Of a DNA stretch of 64,000 nucleotides, positions 9,154 to 19,129 are shown piece after piece (position 1 is the first letter of the stretch; every line of letters starts with the position of its first letter). The translations under genes were made by a program, and so were the position numbers. The stretch is from the NCBI GenBank assembly GCA_039715015.1, contig JBDLIE010000008.1, positions 20,660 through 84,659 of the forward strand, written 5' to 3'. The notes under the pieces were generated by a model that saw only the letters and a list, made by a program, of their open reading frames with translations, was not told the origin of the DNA and made no database searches. Source of the DNA: Thermodesulfobacteriota bacterium. Its GTDB lineage: Bacteria > Desulfobacterota > Desulfobulbia > Desulfobulbales > SURF-16.

Positions 9154-10491
9154 TCAAAGGGGGGCATCATCACAGACAGCCTTGATAAAGTTGTGGGTAA
9201 AAATATCCTGCCAGCCGGCATAGGCCATGTCCATATCCACATGCCAAGCATCCCGGCGACCGTGAAGATCAGCGCTCCAGAGCCGCATCTTTTGGCGGTC
9301 AAAGATCTCATCCACCGGCTGATAAAGAACATCGTTTAACAGGGAAAGAAGCTCGGTGACGCTGGGCAGCCGCCAGGCATCTACACCGCCGAAATGCTCC
9401 CTGTTGAGCTGGTCAAGGTAGTGTTGAGCCCCCCGGTGGGTGATGGGGTATTTGCTGCCGCCCTGTTGCCAGCAGAGTCCGGTTGCTCGGTCCTTGATCA
9501 CGCCGTTTCCTATATTTTCCAGGCAGTTATCAATATAGGTGAGAGGTTGTGATCTTTCATTAAGGCCCAGAAAATTACGGGCCTTGCCTCCCCAGATGTT
9601 TATAGGTTTTTTGCGCAGGGTGACTGTCGGGCAGGACGTGTTGGCAGGTGCGGCGTAATCTTTTTGGCGTTGGAGGTCCTCCTGCCAATGGACCTCCAGT
9701 TTATCAAGCTCAGTACACATTTCGTCTGCCCTTTGAAAACGTTGTTCAGGATTGAAATGAAGGGCTTTTATGAAAAAGGCATCCCAGCTTTGATCGTAAA
9801 GGGGGTTGATGGCGCTTAGGGAAAACTGAGCCATGCCCGGCAGCAGGCCGGTGAGCATACGGTAGAGGAGAACGGCCGCTGAATAAAGATCGGCTCGGCC
9901 ATCCACCCTGTCCGGAGCTTTGATCTGTTCCGGGGCTGCGTAGAAGGGGGAGCCAATATTGATGTTGGTGGATCCGGAAAATGGTGTGGTGGCAGACAGG
10001 GCCATGCCGAAATCACAAATTTTTAGCTGGTCATCATCGGTGATCAGCAGGTTTTGGGGCTTGATGTCGCGGTGGATAACACCGTTATGATGGAGGCAGG
10101 CAATGCCTGCCAGGAGCTGTCGGCCATAATCGAGAACCTTGTCGGGCCGGATGATCCGGGAGCGGTTCTCCAGGCGAAAATCCTCGCCAATCATGTCGCC
10201 GAGATTGTGAGAGAAAAACTCCATGACAAAAAAAGGCCGCCCCTTGGCATCTTCGTTGTAATCCCAAACATCGACCACCGCTGGATGCTTGATGGCGGCC
10301 ATGGTCATGGCCTCGGCCATAAAGATTTCTTTTAAGGCGGCAGCCCCTATCACCATTTCCATACTCTCAAAGGGATCAAAGAGTTTGACGGCCACCACCT
10401 TATTAATGGTGGGGATGATTGCCTTGTAAATGGCGCCCATGCCGCCCTTTCCCAGTTTGCGAATGATCTGATAGCGTCCGATTTTCTGCAT
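9154..10491 (-). CDS. Ser/Thr protein kinase with C-terminal DUF1566 (Lcl C-terminal) domain
   Basis: N-terminal Hanks kinase motifs (GKGGMGAIYKA, VAVK, HRDIKPQN, DFG, APE). The C-terminal roughly 130 aa carries the DUF1566 hallmark (GLCWQQ.., WRLPSVTEL). Confidence 0.8.
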   Translation of the reverse strand: MQKIGRYQIIRKLGKGGMGAIYKAIIPTINKVVAVKLFDPFESMEMVIGAAALKEIFMAEAMTMAAIKHPAVVDVWDYNEDAKGRPFFVMEFFSHNLGDMIGEDFRLENRSRIIRPDKVLDYGRQLLAGIACLHHNGVIHRDIKPQNLLITDDDQLKICDFGMALSATTPFSGSTNINIGSPFYAAPEQIKAPDRVDGRADLYSAAVLLYRMLTGLLPGMAQFSLSAINPLYDQSWDAFFIKALHFNPEQRFQRADEMCTELDKLEVHWQEDLQRQKDYAAPANTSCPTVTLRKKPINIWGGKARNFLGLNERSQPLTYIDNCLENIGNGVIKDRATGLCWQQGGSKYPITHRGAQHYLDQLNREHFGGVDAWRLPSVTELLSLLNDVLYQPVDEIFDRQKMRLWSADLHGRRDAWHVDMDMAYAGWQDIFTHNFIKAVCDDAPL

Positions 10492-10506
10492 GATCGTCGT
10501 GGGCCT

Positions 10507-11283
10507 TTAAAGAAGTCGGCTGGCGTTGGAGGCGTGGAAACCTAATTTTTTAAGAAGGGCCACGGTTTCTGCAACATCATACTCCAGGGCCCGGATTTCC
10601 AGGCTGTTTGATTCGGTATTCCATAGGCCATATTTTGCACTGTTTCCTTTGCCGTCTCGGGGCTGGCCGACACTGCCGACATTGTTAATGTGACGCCACA
10701 TGTCATTAAGCAGCACTTGACCGATCTCCGCTTTTTCTGCCCAATATCTTTTGCCGTCAGAGAGGTAGCGGCCAAAGGCGTGGGTGTGGCCGTAAAAGCA
10801 GTACTGCTCCGGATAGGTGGCAAAGGTTCGCTCCAGCCTGGTTGGGGAAGGGTTCTGGAGATAGGTGGTCACTGACTCAGGAGGGCAGCCATGGACAAAG
10901 CGAGTGTTGTTTTCCACCCGGAAAGAAGGGAGAGAGGTTGAGAAGGCGATGGTTTCCGGGCCCATCAATTTCCTGGTCAGTGCCAGTGAATCTTGAACCA
11001 CAAAATTAAGACGCTTTAAGTAGCTTTTGCTTTTTAAGGCCAATTCATGGTTGCCAAGGATTGATCTGGCATCCCGGGCCATAAGGGCCTGGACAACCTC
11101 TTCAGGCTGCGGACAGTAGCCGATATTGTCGCCCAGGGTGTAAATCAGGTCAACGTCGTGGCCATCAATGTCAGCCAGCACGGCCTGGAGGGCCTGGTAG
11201 TTGCCGTGGATATCGGAAAGGATAGCAAGAAGCATGGGCTTATTATGAAAGGTTATGGTGGAAGAGGTGTCTCCATCCACCAT
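10507..11283 (-). CDS. metallophosphoesterase (PPP-family Ser/Thr phosphatase-like)
   Basis: Calcineurin-like motifs DIHGN, GDNIGY, GNHE and GHTH. It sits 16 bp upstream of the kinase on the same strand. Confidence 0.75.
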   Translation of the reverse strand: MVDGDTSSTITFHNKPMLLAILSDIHGNYQALQAVLADIDGHDVDLIYTLGDNIGYCPQPEEVVQALMARDARSILGNHELALKSKSYLKRLNFVVQDSLALTRKLMGPETIAFSTSLPSFRVENNTRFVHGCPPESVTTYLQNPSPTRLERTFATYPEQYCFYGHTHAFGRYLSDGKRYWAEKAEIGQVLLNDMWRHINNVGSVGQPRDGKGNSAKYGLWNTESNSLEIRALEYDVAETVALLKKLGFHASNASRLL

Positions 11284-11423
11284 AACCGATTTACAGGGCT
11301 AAGTTCAATTTGTGAAGAATTTATGGTTGCCTTAGCAAATGTGTTGCCAGGATAAGAAAGTGCTTTGTCATGGCCAATATGGTAAAATTTGATCACGGTC
11401 AACCTTTCCGCCTTTATCCAAAA

Positions 11424-12911
11424 AAAGGAGATAGTATGGGTGAAAAACTAAGTTTAAACAAGAAGCTGACAGGGATTCTCCTGGTGTTCTTGGCCATTGG
11501 AGTCATCAACTCGGTGACCATCTACACCGTGGTCAATCAGCAAATTGAAAATGCCCGGGCCATTAATTTTGCCGGCCGGCAACGGATGCTCACTCAGAAG
11601 ATGAGCAAAGAGGCCTACATGCTGATTATCAAGGCGGAGAACCAGGATGACCTTGGCGAGCACCGTAAAAAAACACAGGCAACGGTTGAGCTTTTTGACA
11701 CCACCCTGAAAGGCCTGATAAATGGCAGTGACGAACTGGGTCTCAGTGCGGCAACGGCGCCGGAGGTGGTTGAGGGGTTGCAAAATGTCCAGACCTCCTG
11801 GCTGGATCTCAAGAAAAAATTTGAGAATCTGCTGGCCATAGAGGATCCCTCCTCTGATGAAGGTTATGAGGCCCTGACCGTTATCAGCGCCAAGAATGTC
11901 CCCCTCTTAAAGGCGATGAATCACACGGTCATGCTCTACGAGAAGAACAATAATGCCAGCAAGGTTATTATCAGCCAGGCCATCCTGTTGCTACTCACTG
12001 TGATCGTGGCTTTTGTGGCCTGGTTTTTTACTCGAAAGTTTATTGTCCACCCCATCAAGCAGAGTAATCAAATTTTGCATGATTGTGCCGAGGCCATGCA
12101 GAGCGCCTCTTCCACTATGAGTTCTTCAGCCATCGATATTGCAGATCGAGCCTCTGCTCAGGCCGCATCCCTGGAGGAATCATCGGCATCCCTGGAGGAA
12201 ATTACCTCCATTGCCAAACAAAATACCGACAATACCGGCGAATCCAATCAGCTTGTTCAGGATACCCAAAAGGTGGTGAGTCAGGCCAACGATCTTATGA
12301 CGCGGATGGCGGCCTCCATGGGCGACATCTCCGAGGCGGGCCATGAGATCAGCAAGGTTATCAAGACCATTGACGAGATTGCCTTTCAGACCAACCTGCT
12401 GGCCTTAAACGCTGCTGTGGAGGCGGCCCGGGCCGGCGAGGCAGGGGCCGGTTTTGCCGTGGTGGCTGATGAGGTTCGCAATCTCGCCATGCGGGCGGCA
12501 GATGCGGCCAAAAACACCTCGGAGATGATTGCCGGGGTTATCCAGAAGATTGATGACGGCTCCCGCTTGGTGAGTGAATCCACGGAATCCTTTGATGAGG
12601 TCTATAATCGTTCCAACAAGGTGGCATCCTTGACCGGTGAGATTAAGGATGCCATAGCTGAGCAATCTGTGGGCATTGATCAAATCCATCTGGCTATTAA
12701 TGAAATGGACCAGTCAACCCAACAAAACGCCGCCAGCGCCGAGGAGTCGGCCTCCCTGGCCCAGAACATTAAAAATGACGCCGCCCAGCTTTTGGGCATT
12801 GTTAAGGAGCTTACCAACCTTGTTGAAGGGGCCGGTGATGGAATGACAACAGGCGCCGGGCTCATGGCCTCCCATGGCAGTGATGAAGGTGTCCCGTTGT
12901 TGGCTAGATGA
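11424..12911 (+). CDS. methyl-accepting chemotaxis protein with PilJ/NarX-type N-terminal sensor domain
   Basis: An AGGAG RBS precedes the ATG at 11424, and the ORF is open from 11370. The sensor motif is AINFAGRQRMLTQKMSKE, and HAMP and MCP signalling domains follow (LLALNAAVEAARAGEAGAGFAVVADEVRNLA). Confidence 0.85.
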   Translation, partial: KGDSMGEKLSLNKKLTGILLVFLAIGVINSVTIYTVVNQQIENARAINFAGRQRMLTQKMSKEAYMLIIKAENQDDLGEHRKKTQATVELFDTTLKGLINGSDELGLSAATAPEVVEGLQNVQTSWLDLKKKFENLLAIEDPSSDEGYEALTVISAKNVPLLKAMNHTVMLYEKNNNASKVIISQAILLLLTVIVAFVAWFFTRKFIVHPIKQSNQILHDCAEAMQSASSTMSSSAIDIADRASAQAASLEESSASLEEITSIAKQNTDNTGESNQLVQDTQKVVSQANDLMTRMAASMGDISEAGHEISKVIKTIDEIAFQTNLLALNAAVEAARAGEAGAGFAVVADEVRNLAMRAADAAKNTSEMIAGVIQKIDDGSRLVSESTESFDEVYNRSNKVASLTGEIKDAIAEQSVGIDQIHLAINEMDQSTQQNAASAEESASLAQNIKNDAAQLLGIVKELTNLVEGAGDGMTTGAGLMASHGSDEGVPLLAR

Positions 12912-12964
12912 TGGACAGACACTGGCTAAGAGTGTTGCTGAACAATTAAACAGGGCAGGATCCG

Positions 12965-13771
12965 ATGTGTGAATTTTGTACAAAGCATGGCGATGGCAAG
13001 ATCTGGTTTAAAAATGCCGCTAATTATGGCAAGGATCTGATGGCCGACCTTGAGCGGCGTGACTATATCAAGGGTTTTTTTAACTCGACCATTGAGGAGG
13101 GCATTGTGACCCTGGGTCGCCTGGAAACCCTGTACCAGAAGAAGAAACAGCTGCCGGGCCGGGTGGTCAAGGCCATGGTGGACAAGGCCAAGGACGAGCA
13201 TTTCGGCCAGGTGGTGACCATAGAGGATATCCGGGAGATGGTGGGCAAGGCCGCCACCGTGGTCCGCCTGCCCTGCGCCTGCCGCTGGGCCTCGATGAAA
13301 ACGGAAAACCGCTGCTGCTATAGTGTGAGCTATAGCCCGGACGCCTGGTACGATGACCTGGATATGGGCTATTTCGGCCTGGCCCAGGACGAGGGCTTGG
13401 AAAGGGTTAACCCTGAAGAGGCCATTGGCCAGATGGAGAAGCTGGAGAGCCAGGGCGCAGTGCACACCATCTGGACCATGATGACTCCTTTTGTCGGGGC
13501 GATCTGCAACTGTCAGCCCGGCGATTGCCTGGGGCTGCGTACCCTGTCTCTGGATGTGGAGACCATGTTTCGCGGCGAGCAGGTGGCCAGGGTGGATGAG
13601 GAGCTGTGCAGCGGCTGCGGGTCCTGTGAGGAGGCCTGCCAGTTTCAAGCCATCAGCAGCCAGCAGGTCAGTGGTGACCACAAGGCCGTGATTAATCCCC
13701 AGCAATGCTTTGGCTGCGGACTCTGCCGTAATGCCTGTCCGGAAGAGGCCCTTTCCATGGTGGGGCGGTAA
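12965..13771 (+). CDS. Fe-S protein with C-terminal 2x[4Fe-4S] ferredoxin domain
   Basis: Cys-rich N-terminus (CEFC, CACRWAS, CNCQPGDC) and a C-terminal CSGCGSCEEAC...CFGCGLCRNACP dicluster motif. Confidence 0.6.
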   Translation: MCEFCTKHGDGKIWFKNAANYGKDLMADLERRDYIKGFFNSTIEEGIVTLGRLETLYQKKKQLPGRVVKAMVDKAKDEHFGQVVTIEDIREMVGKAATVVRLPCACRWASMKTENRCCYSVSYSPDAWYDDLDMGYFGLAQDEGLERVNPEEAIGQMEKLESQGAVHTIWTMMTPFVGAICNCQPGDCLGLRTLSLDVETMFRGEQVARVDEELCSGCGSCEEACQFQAISSQQVSGDHKAVINPQQCFGCGLCRNACPEEALSMVGR

Positions 13772-13772
13772 T

Positions 13773-14177
13773 ATGGAAAATAAAGGGCAAATCCCGCCAC
13801 CGGCCAGAGGTCTGCAGCGTATCATCAGGGCGGCAGGCTATTCCTGGGCCGGCCTCTGCTTCACCTTTAAAAACGAGGCCGCCTTCCGCCAGGAGATTCT
13901 GCTCAGCCTTGTCCTGGCGCCGCTGATTATTTTTCTGCCCCTCCCCCTGCTGGCCAAGCTTTACCTGACAGGATGCCTGGCCCTGGTCCTGATCTGCGAG
14001 CTTGCCAACACCGGCCTTGAGGTCATCATCAACCATGTCTCGCCCCACTATAGTGAGGCGGCCAGGGACGGCAAGGACATCGGCAGCGCCCTGGTCTTTG
14101 TCAGCCTGGCCAACCTGGCTGTCTCTTTTCTGGCCTTGGTGCTCCCCCTCGTGTGGCACCTCTTTGAGAAGAATTAG
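13773..14177 (+). CDS. dgkA: diacylglycerol kinase
   Basis: The ATG at 13773 immediately follows the upstream stop. DgkA motifs ELANTGLEVIINHVSPHYSEAARDGKDIGSALV, three TM helices. Confidence 0.8.
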   Translation: MENKGQIPPPARGLQRIIRAAGYSWAGLCFTFKNEAAFRQEILLSLVLAPLIIFLPLPLLAKLYLTGCLALVLICELANTGLEVIINHVSPHYSEAARDGKDIGSALVFVSLANLAVSFLALVLPLVWHLFEKN

Positions 14178-14468
14178 GGGCAACAAGGCCTAGCCCCGAA
14201 GATGGCCTCTCCATAGCCTCTGTTGGCAGCAGGGACTTGACGCAGGCAGCGTTTACGGCCACTCTAGCTCTCTTCTTTCGCCGCCGCCTATCGAATTTCT
14301 CGATTTTAGTTTTCAATTAAATATAGCCAACCAGGCATTCTGCGGTTATTATTGCCTCATTTTAAATGAGAGATGCAGCATGCCTGAAGTGCTTGGGGCG
14401 GGCAGCTGCTTAATTTTTCAGGGCAGAACTCACTAGGGGGCAGTGGGAAACCGGTAAGAGGACCAGGC

Positions 14469-16382
14469 ATGTTACAGGCTGATCAGCGTTCAAAACTGCT
14501 TCACCATTATTTTTTTATTTCTTATCTCATCATTCTTGGCCTCACCTGCGGCTTTCTCGATGACATTGATATCCATGACCGGCGCACGGGTTTCTTTGTG
14601 TTGGCCACCCTGCTGAGTTCAAGTTTTTTCTATCTTCTCCCTGCCATTTTTTTGAGCAAGGTGGTGCATTTTTTCCTAACCTGCCGCTTGCTCAGCCCCT
14701 GGGGTTTTATCAAGAGGTGGGGCCTTATTGTCGATTTTGGCGTGGCCATAGGGGCTGTTGCCATGGTGGAGCTCCTGCTCTTTGCGGACAGGACCGTCTT
14801 TTCCCTCTTTGGCTTTCATATCAACGGCTTTGTCATCAACCTGGTAACGACCCCCGGTGGCATGGAGTCCATGGGCGCGGGTGGGGCGGCAAACCTGATT
14901 GGTTTCCTGGCTGTCGTGGCCCTTTTGGCGGCCCAGATCATTGTCCTCTGGCTGTTACATAGATTGTCGTCCAGGGATGGCTGGCGCCTCTCCTCCTGGC
15001 CCGGCAAAATGTATCGTTATGGCCTGGTGGTCATCTTGCTGCTCGGGGTTACGGAAAAGGCGACCTATGCCATGAGTAATCTTAAGGATTTTCAGGAGGT
15101 GCTGGTGGCGGCCCGGCTCTTTCCCGTTTATCAGCCCTTGACCATTAACAGCCTGGCCAGGAAACTGGGGGTGGAGGTCAAGCGCCAGGAGGTGATGGCC
15201 ATTGATGATGAGATAAGCAGACTGGCCTATCCTTCCCAGCCCATACAGGTATCTGCCCCAGAAAAGCCCTTCAATATTGTCTGGCTGGTCTCTGAATCGT
15301 GGCGGGCCGACATGCTGGACCCGCAGATCATGCCGGCAACCTGGAAATTTTCAAGGGGGGCCCAGCGTTTCAGCAACCATTACAGTGGCGGCAATGGCAC
15401 CAGAATGGGGCTGTTTTCCATGTTTTACGGGGTGTATGGTCCCTACTGGTTCTCCTTTTTGGGCGAGGGCCGGCAGCCGGTCATTATGGATGTTCTCCAG
15501 GACCAGGGATACCAGCTGGGCCTCTATACCAGCGCCAAGTTCTCCTATCCGGAGTTTGATAAGACAATCTTTGCCGGTGCGCCCCCGGAGACCCTCCATT
15601 CTCACCAGGAGGGCTTGGGCTGGAAAGCAGACCGTCATAATGTCGGCGAAATGCTCAGCTTCATAGAGGGACGGGATCGTGGCCGCCCCTTTATGGCCTT
15701 CATGTTTTTTGAGTCTCCCCATGCCCGTTACTACTTTCCTGAAGAGAGTGTTATCCGCCGCCCCTATCTTGAGGATTTTAACTACGCCACCATGTCCCTG
15801 GAGAGAGACATGGAGCTCATCCTTAACCGTTATATCAACTCCTGCCATCATCTCGACAGCCAGCTTGCGCGGGTCTTTTCCTATCTTGAGGATAATGATC
15901 TTCTGGAAAACACCGTGGTTGTCGTTACCGGAGACCACGGCGAGGAGTTCATGGAAAAGGGCCGTTGGGGCCATAATTCAGAATTTCACCAGGAGCAGGT
16001 GCGTGTCCCCCTTCTCCTCTGGCTGCCAGGCAGGGGGGCGGGGGAGCACAGCAGGATGACCAGTCATCTCGATATCGCTGCCACCCTGATGCCGCTGCTG
16101 GGGGTCAAAAATGACAGCAGGGACTACTCCTTGGGTTTTGACCTCATGGGTCCAGAGCAGCGCGACTTTACCATCATCAGCGATTGGTCCCGCATCTGTT
16201 ATGTCAATGAGGATTATAAGTCAGTGATACCCATGAAGGCCCAAAGAATGCTGGGCAGCAAGACCACCACGACGGATGATAGAGCCGTTGCTGAACCGGC
16301 CCTTTTTTACCAAACACACATGGATTCCCTCCAAGAGGTGTTGCAAGGTCTCGGCAAGTTCAAACGGCGCAACGCATCATGA
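14469..16382 (+). CDS. YejM/PbgA-like inner-membrane protein (DUF3413 N-terminus plus sulfatase-like domain)
   Basis: Five N-terminal TM helices, then an alkaline-phosphatase-superfamily domain (VVVTGDHGEEF, GHNS). Confidence 0.75.
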   Translation: MLQADQRSKLLHHYFFISYLIILGLTCGFLDDIDIHDRRTGFFVLATLLSSSFFYLLPAIFLSKVVHFFLTCRLLSPWGFIKRWGLIVDFGVAIGAVAMVELLLFADRTVFSLFGFHINGFVINLVTTPGGMESMGAGGAANLIGFLAVVALLAAQIIVLWLLHRLSSRDGWRLSSWPGKMYRYGLVVILLLGVTEKATYAMSNLKDFQEVLVAARLFPVYQPLTINSLARKLGVEVKRQEVMAIDDEISRLAYPSQPIQVSAPEKPFNIVWLVSESWRADMLDPQIMPATWKFSRGAQRFSNHYSGGNGTRMGLFSMFYGVYGPYWFSFLGEGRQPVIMDVLQDQGYQLGLYTSAKFSYPEFDKTIFAGAPPETLHSHQEGLGWKADRHNVGEMLSFIEGRDRGRPFMAFMFFESPHARYYFPEESVIRRPYLEDFNYATMSLERDMELILNRYINSCHHLDSQLARVFSYLEDNDLLENTVVVVTGDHGEEFMEKGRWGHNSEFHQEQVRVPLLLWLPGRGAGEHSRMTSHLDIAATLMPLLGVKNDSRDYSLGFDLMGPEQRDFTIISDWSRICYVNEDYKSVIPMKAQRMLGSKTTTTDDRAVAEPALFYQTHMDSLQEVLQGLGKFKRRNAS

Positions 16383-16544
16383 AAAATCAGCATTGTTTAT
16401 GATGGAGAAGAGGGACATTATGCCAGGGCGGTGAAGATGAAGGCCCTTTGCACGGCAATCCTCTTTGCTCAATTCCGGCATTGATGGCGGGATTGGAAAT
16501 TGCGATCTTGAGTGAGATATATTTCGGCAATGGCGATTGGCAGG

Positions 16545-17018
16545 TCACGCCATGCAGCATTTCTTGAACTTCCTGGCCCTGCCGCAGGGGCAGGGATCGT
16601 TGCGCCCCACCTTTTTGGCTTCGCCGTCAGAACCCTGTATCTCTCCATCCACATAGAACCAGCGCCCTCCTTCTTTGACAAAACGGCTCACCTCATGGAG
16701 GGAGCCGCTGGTGCCCTGGCTCATATAATGGGCCTTGAACTCAACAACCCCTCGGTCATCATTTTCTGAGCCTTCTGTGCTTGCCAGGATCTCCAGCCTG
16801 CACCAGTTGGCTGAGCCTTTTAGGTTTAGATCTTTGGGGGCGGTGGTGGGGTGCCAGGAGTTCAAGAGGTAAGCGGCATTGGCCAGGGTGAAGGCGCTGT
16901 AGCGAGAACGCATCAGGGCTTCGGCTGTGGGGGGCAGTTGGCCCAGCTCCACAAATGGTTGGCAGCAGGCACCATAACTCAGGCCCGTGCCGCAGGGGCA
17001 GGGTGTTTTTTTCGTCAT
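16545..17018 (-). CDS. ychJ: YchJ family protein (UPF0225, SEC-C motifs)
   Basis: N- and C-terminal SEC-C metal-binding motifs (CPCGTGLSYGACC, CPCGRARKFKKCC). Confidence 0.8.
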   Translation of the reverse strand: MTKKTPCPCGTGLSYGACCQPFVELGQLPPTAEALMRSRYSAFTLANAAYLLNSWHPTTAPKDLNLKGSANWCRLEILASTEGSENDDRGVVEFKAHYMSQGTSGSLHEVSRFVKEGGRWFYVDGEIQGSDGEAKKVGRNDPCPCGRARKFKKCCMA

Positions 17019-17287
17019 TGGCAGTGATTTTTTCCAGCCCGGGCAATGAGGGCTTTTTTCTGATTGGCTGTCATCTGTTTTATGGCGTATTCACGCTTGC
17101 TTGCTGCCGAACGTGACTCGGCCTTTTCAAGATAAACAAGGCTGACAGGTCGTCGGGACCGGGTATATTTGGCACCGTCTGGGCCGCTGTTATGGGCGGT
17201 GAGGCGTTTGTCCGGATCTGTGGTGATGCCGGTGTACAGGGTCTGGTCTTGACATCTGACCATATAGACAAACCAGTTTGTCGCCAT
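17015..17287 (-). CDS. GIY-YIG nuclease family protein (UPF0213)
   Basis: WFVYMVRC..LYTGITTD..RL.AHN and the conserved KREYAIKQ segment. The ORF is open to 17311, but the MATNWFVYMV start at 17287 is preferred. Confidence 0.8.
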   Translation of the reverse strand: MATNWFVYMVRCQDQTLYTGITTDPDKRLTAHNSGPDGAKYTRSRRPVSLVYLEKAESRSAASKREYAIKQMTANQKKALIARAGKNHCQ

Positions 17288-17848
17288 TTTTCGCTCTTTT
17301 CCCCCGACCAAAGATCTTTAGATATCAAGCACTTCCTGTCTCGGGGCTCTCCTTCTGTTTTTTTATGGGGAGTATTTGATGATTTTCCTTCCTGGTGCCA
17401 ATGAGCCAATACTATTCAAAAAGACAAAATTTTGCAGGGTTTCTTCTCACCCTGCTGGTGGCGGCGACTCTCTCCTGGCCTTGGATGGCACTGCCACCGA
17501 TGATAATAGTATGGCTGGGCTGGGCCGTTTCCCGGGCCCTGGGCATGGATTTTTCGGAAGCTTGATTCTTTTGCCAGGAAAACCTTCCTGCTGCTACCCA
17601 TTCTGTTGTTCTGTGTTTCTTCTTGGCCACTATATAGAGTGGCATCAATTTTTGCCTTAAACCTCAGTCATTATTTGAGATTGGCTATTTACGGCCATTT
17701 TCCTGTTTAAGTAGGCGAAATGGAAATGTTTTTATTGACCTGGTTTGAGGTTGGCAATAGAGTGTTTTTTGGTTTTTTCTGTGCGTAACATGTTGAATTT
17801 ACGAATATACATAAAATACTTGTTGAATTAACAGCTGTTTAGAGGAGG

Positions 17849-19129
17849 TTGCGTGCTGTGGGTGATTGGCTGGAGCAGGATTTCAGACGCCTTACCTATC
17901 TGATTCAATACAACCCCAACACCATCATTCTCACCGGTATTACAGGTGAGATTGAGTACGTCAACGCTGTTTTCACCTCTAATACAGGCTATGGGGCTGA
18001 TGAGGTTGTCGGGCAGCCCGTTGATAAGCTGGGCCTTGATGATTTAAGCACCAATACCAAGGCCTACGTCTGGCAAAATATTCTCGATGGCTATGTCTGG
18101 GAAGGTGAGCTGGTCAGTATCAAGAAGGATGGCAGCCATTTTCCGGAACAGGTTTTTGTCCTTCCCATCACTGACGAGCAGGATCGCGTAACCTCGGTGG
18201 CCTTTATTAAAAGGGACATCAGCGAGAGAAAATTCGCCGAACATGGCCTTTTAGAACTGACCGGCAATCTGGAGCAGCGGGTGCTTGAACGCACCAGCGA
18301 ACTTGACGCCTCCAATAAAGAGCTTAAGGACACCCTGGAGAGACTCCAGGGCATGCAGAACCATCTGGTGCAGACGGAAAAGCTGGCCTCCTTGGGAGAG
18401 CTCATTGCCGGTGTGGCCCACGAGATCAACACGCCGGTGGGCATCGCTTATACAGCTTCGACCCATTTTCGCCAAAACGCCCGGGATATTGCCGAACGCT
18501 ATGAGCGGGGGGATATGAAGCGGAGCGAGCTTGAAGATTTTCTGGATGTATGCCTGGAGTCGAGCAGGCTGTTAATCTCCAACCTGGACAGGGCCAGTGA
18601 GCTTATCCGCAGTTTTAAGCAGGTGGCCGTTGATCAGTCCGGCCAGGGCAAACGCCGTTTTTATTTGCGTGAATATATAGCGGAAATCCTCCTTAGTCTG
18701 CGGCCAGTATTAAAAAAGACCAGTCATGTGGTGGCCGTGGCCGGCGACAAGGATTTAATCTTAGATAGTTTTCCGGGGGCCTTTTTTCAGATACTTACCA
18801 ACCTGATCACCAACTCCCTGAATCATGCCTATGATGAGGGACAGGCGGGCAGGCAGGAGATTTCTTTCAGGAAAGACGACGGACAGCTTTTTTTGATCTT
18901 CAGGGATGATGGTAAAGGGATTGCAAAGGAGAATATTGAGAATATTTTTTCGCCATTTTTTACTACAAACAGGGAAAAGGGAGGCAGTGGCTTGGGGCTC
19001 CACATTGTCTACAATATTGTCAGTCAGCGGTTGCACGGAACCATTAACTGCGAGAGTGAGCTTGGTAAGGGTACCACCTTCAACATAACCTTGCCTCTTC
19101 GCCAGGAAGGAGAAACCCCAGATGCTTGA
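17849..19129 (+). CDS. sensor histidine kinase (PAS - HisKA - HATPase)
   Basis: H-box AHEINTPVG plus N, G1 and G2 boxes (NLITNSLNHA, DDGKGI, GGSGLGL). The TTG at 17849 abuts the AGGAGG RBS, so the in-frame GTG at 17858 is the more likely start. Confidence 0.8.
   Translation: MRAVGDWLEQDFRRLTYLIQYNPNTIILTGITGEIEYVNAVFTSNTGYGADEVVGQPVDKLGLDDLSTNTKAYVWQNILDGYVWEGELVSIKKDGSHFPEQVFVLPITDEQDRVTSVAFIKRDISERKFAEHGLLELTGNLEQRVLERTSELDASNKELKDTLERLQGMQNHLVQTEKLASLGELIAGVAHEINTPVGIAYTASTHFRQNARDIAERYERGDMKRSELEDFLDVCLESSRLLISNLDRASELIRSFKQVAVDQSGQGKRRFYLREYIAEILLSLRPVLKKTSHVVAVAGDKDLILDSFPGAFFQILTNLITNSLNHAYDEGQAGRQEISFRKDDGQLFLIFRDDGKGIAKENIENIFSPFFTTNREKGGSGLGLHIVYNIVSQRLHGTINCESELGKGTTFNITLPLRQEGETPDA

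Noticed and set aside
12926-13825. 299-aa minus-strand ORF overlapping the Fe-S protein gene
   Set aside because: Shadow ORF with an Ala/Gly/Leu-rich composition. The plus-strand gene has clear Fe-S motifs.
15351-15974. 207-aa minus-strand ORF inside the yejM-like gene
   Set aside because: Antisense shadow. The sense strand has sulfatase motifs.
17376-17660. 94-aa ORF in the 540-bp region upstream of the histidine kinase
   Set aside because: Low-complexity Gly/Pro/Cys-rich translation with no RBS. It is probably a non-coding promoter or leader region.
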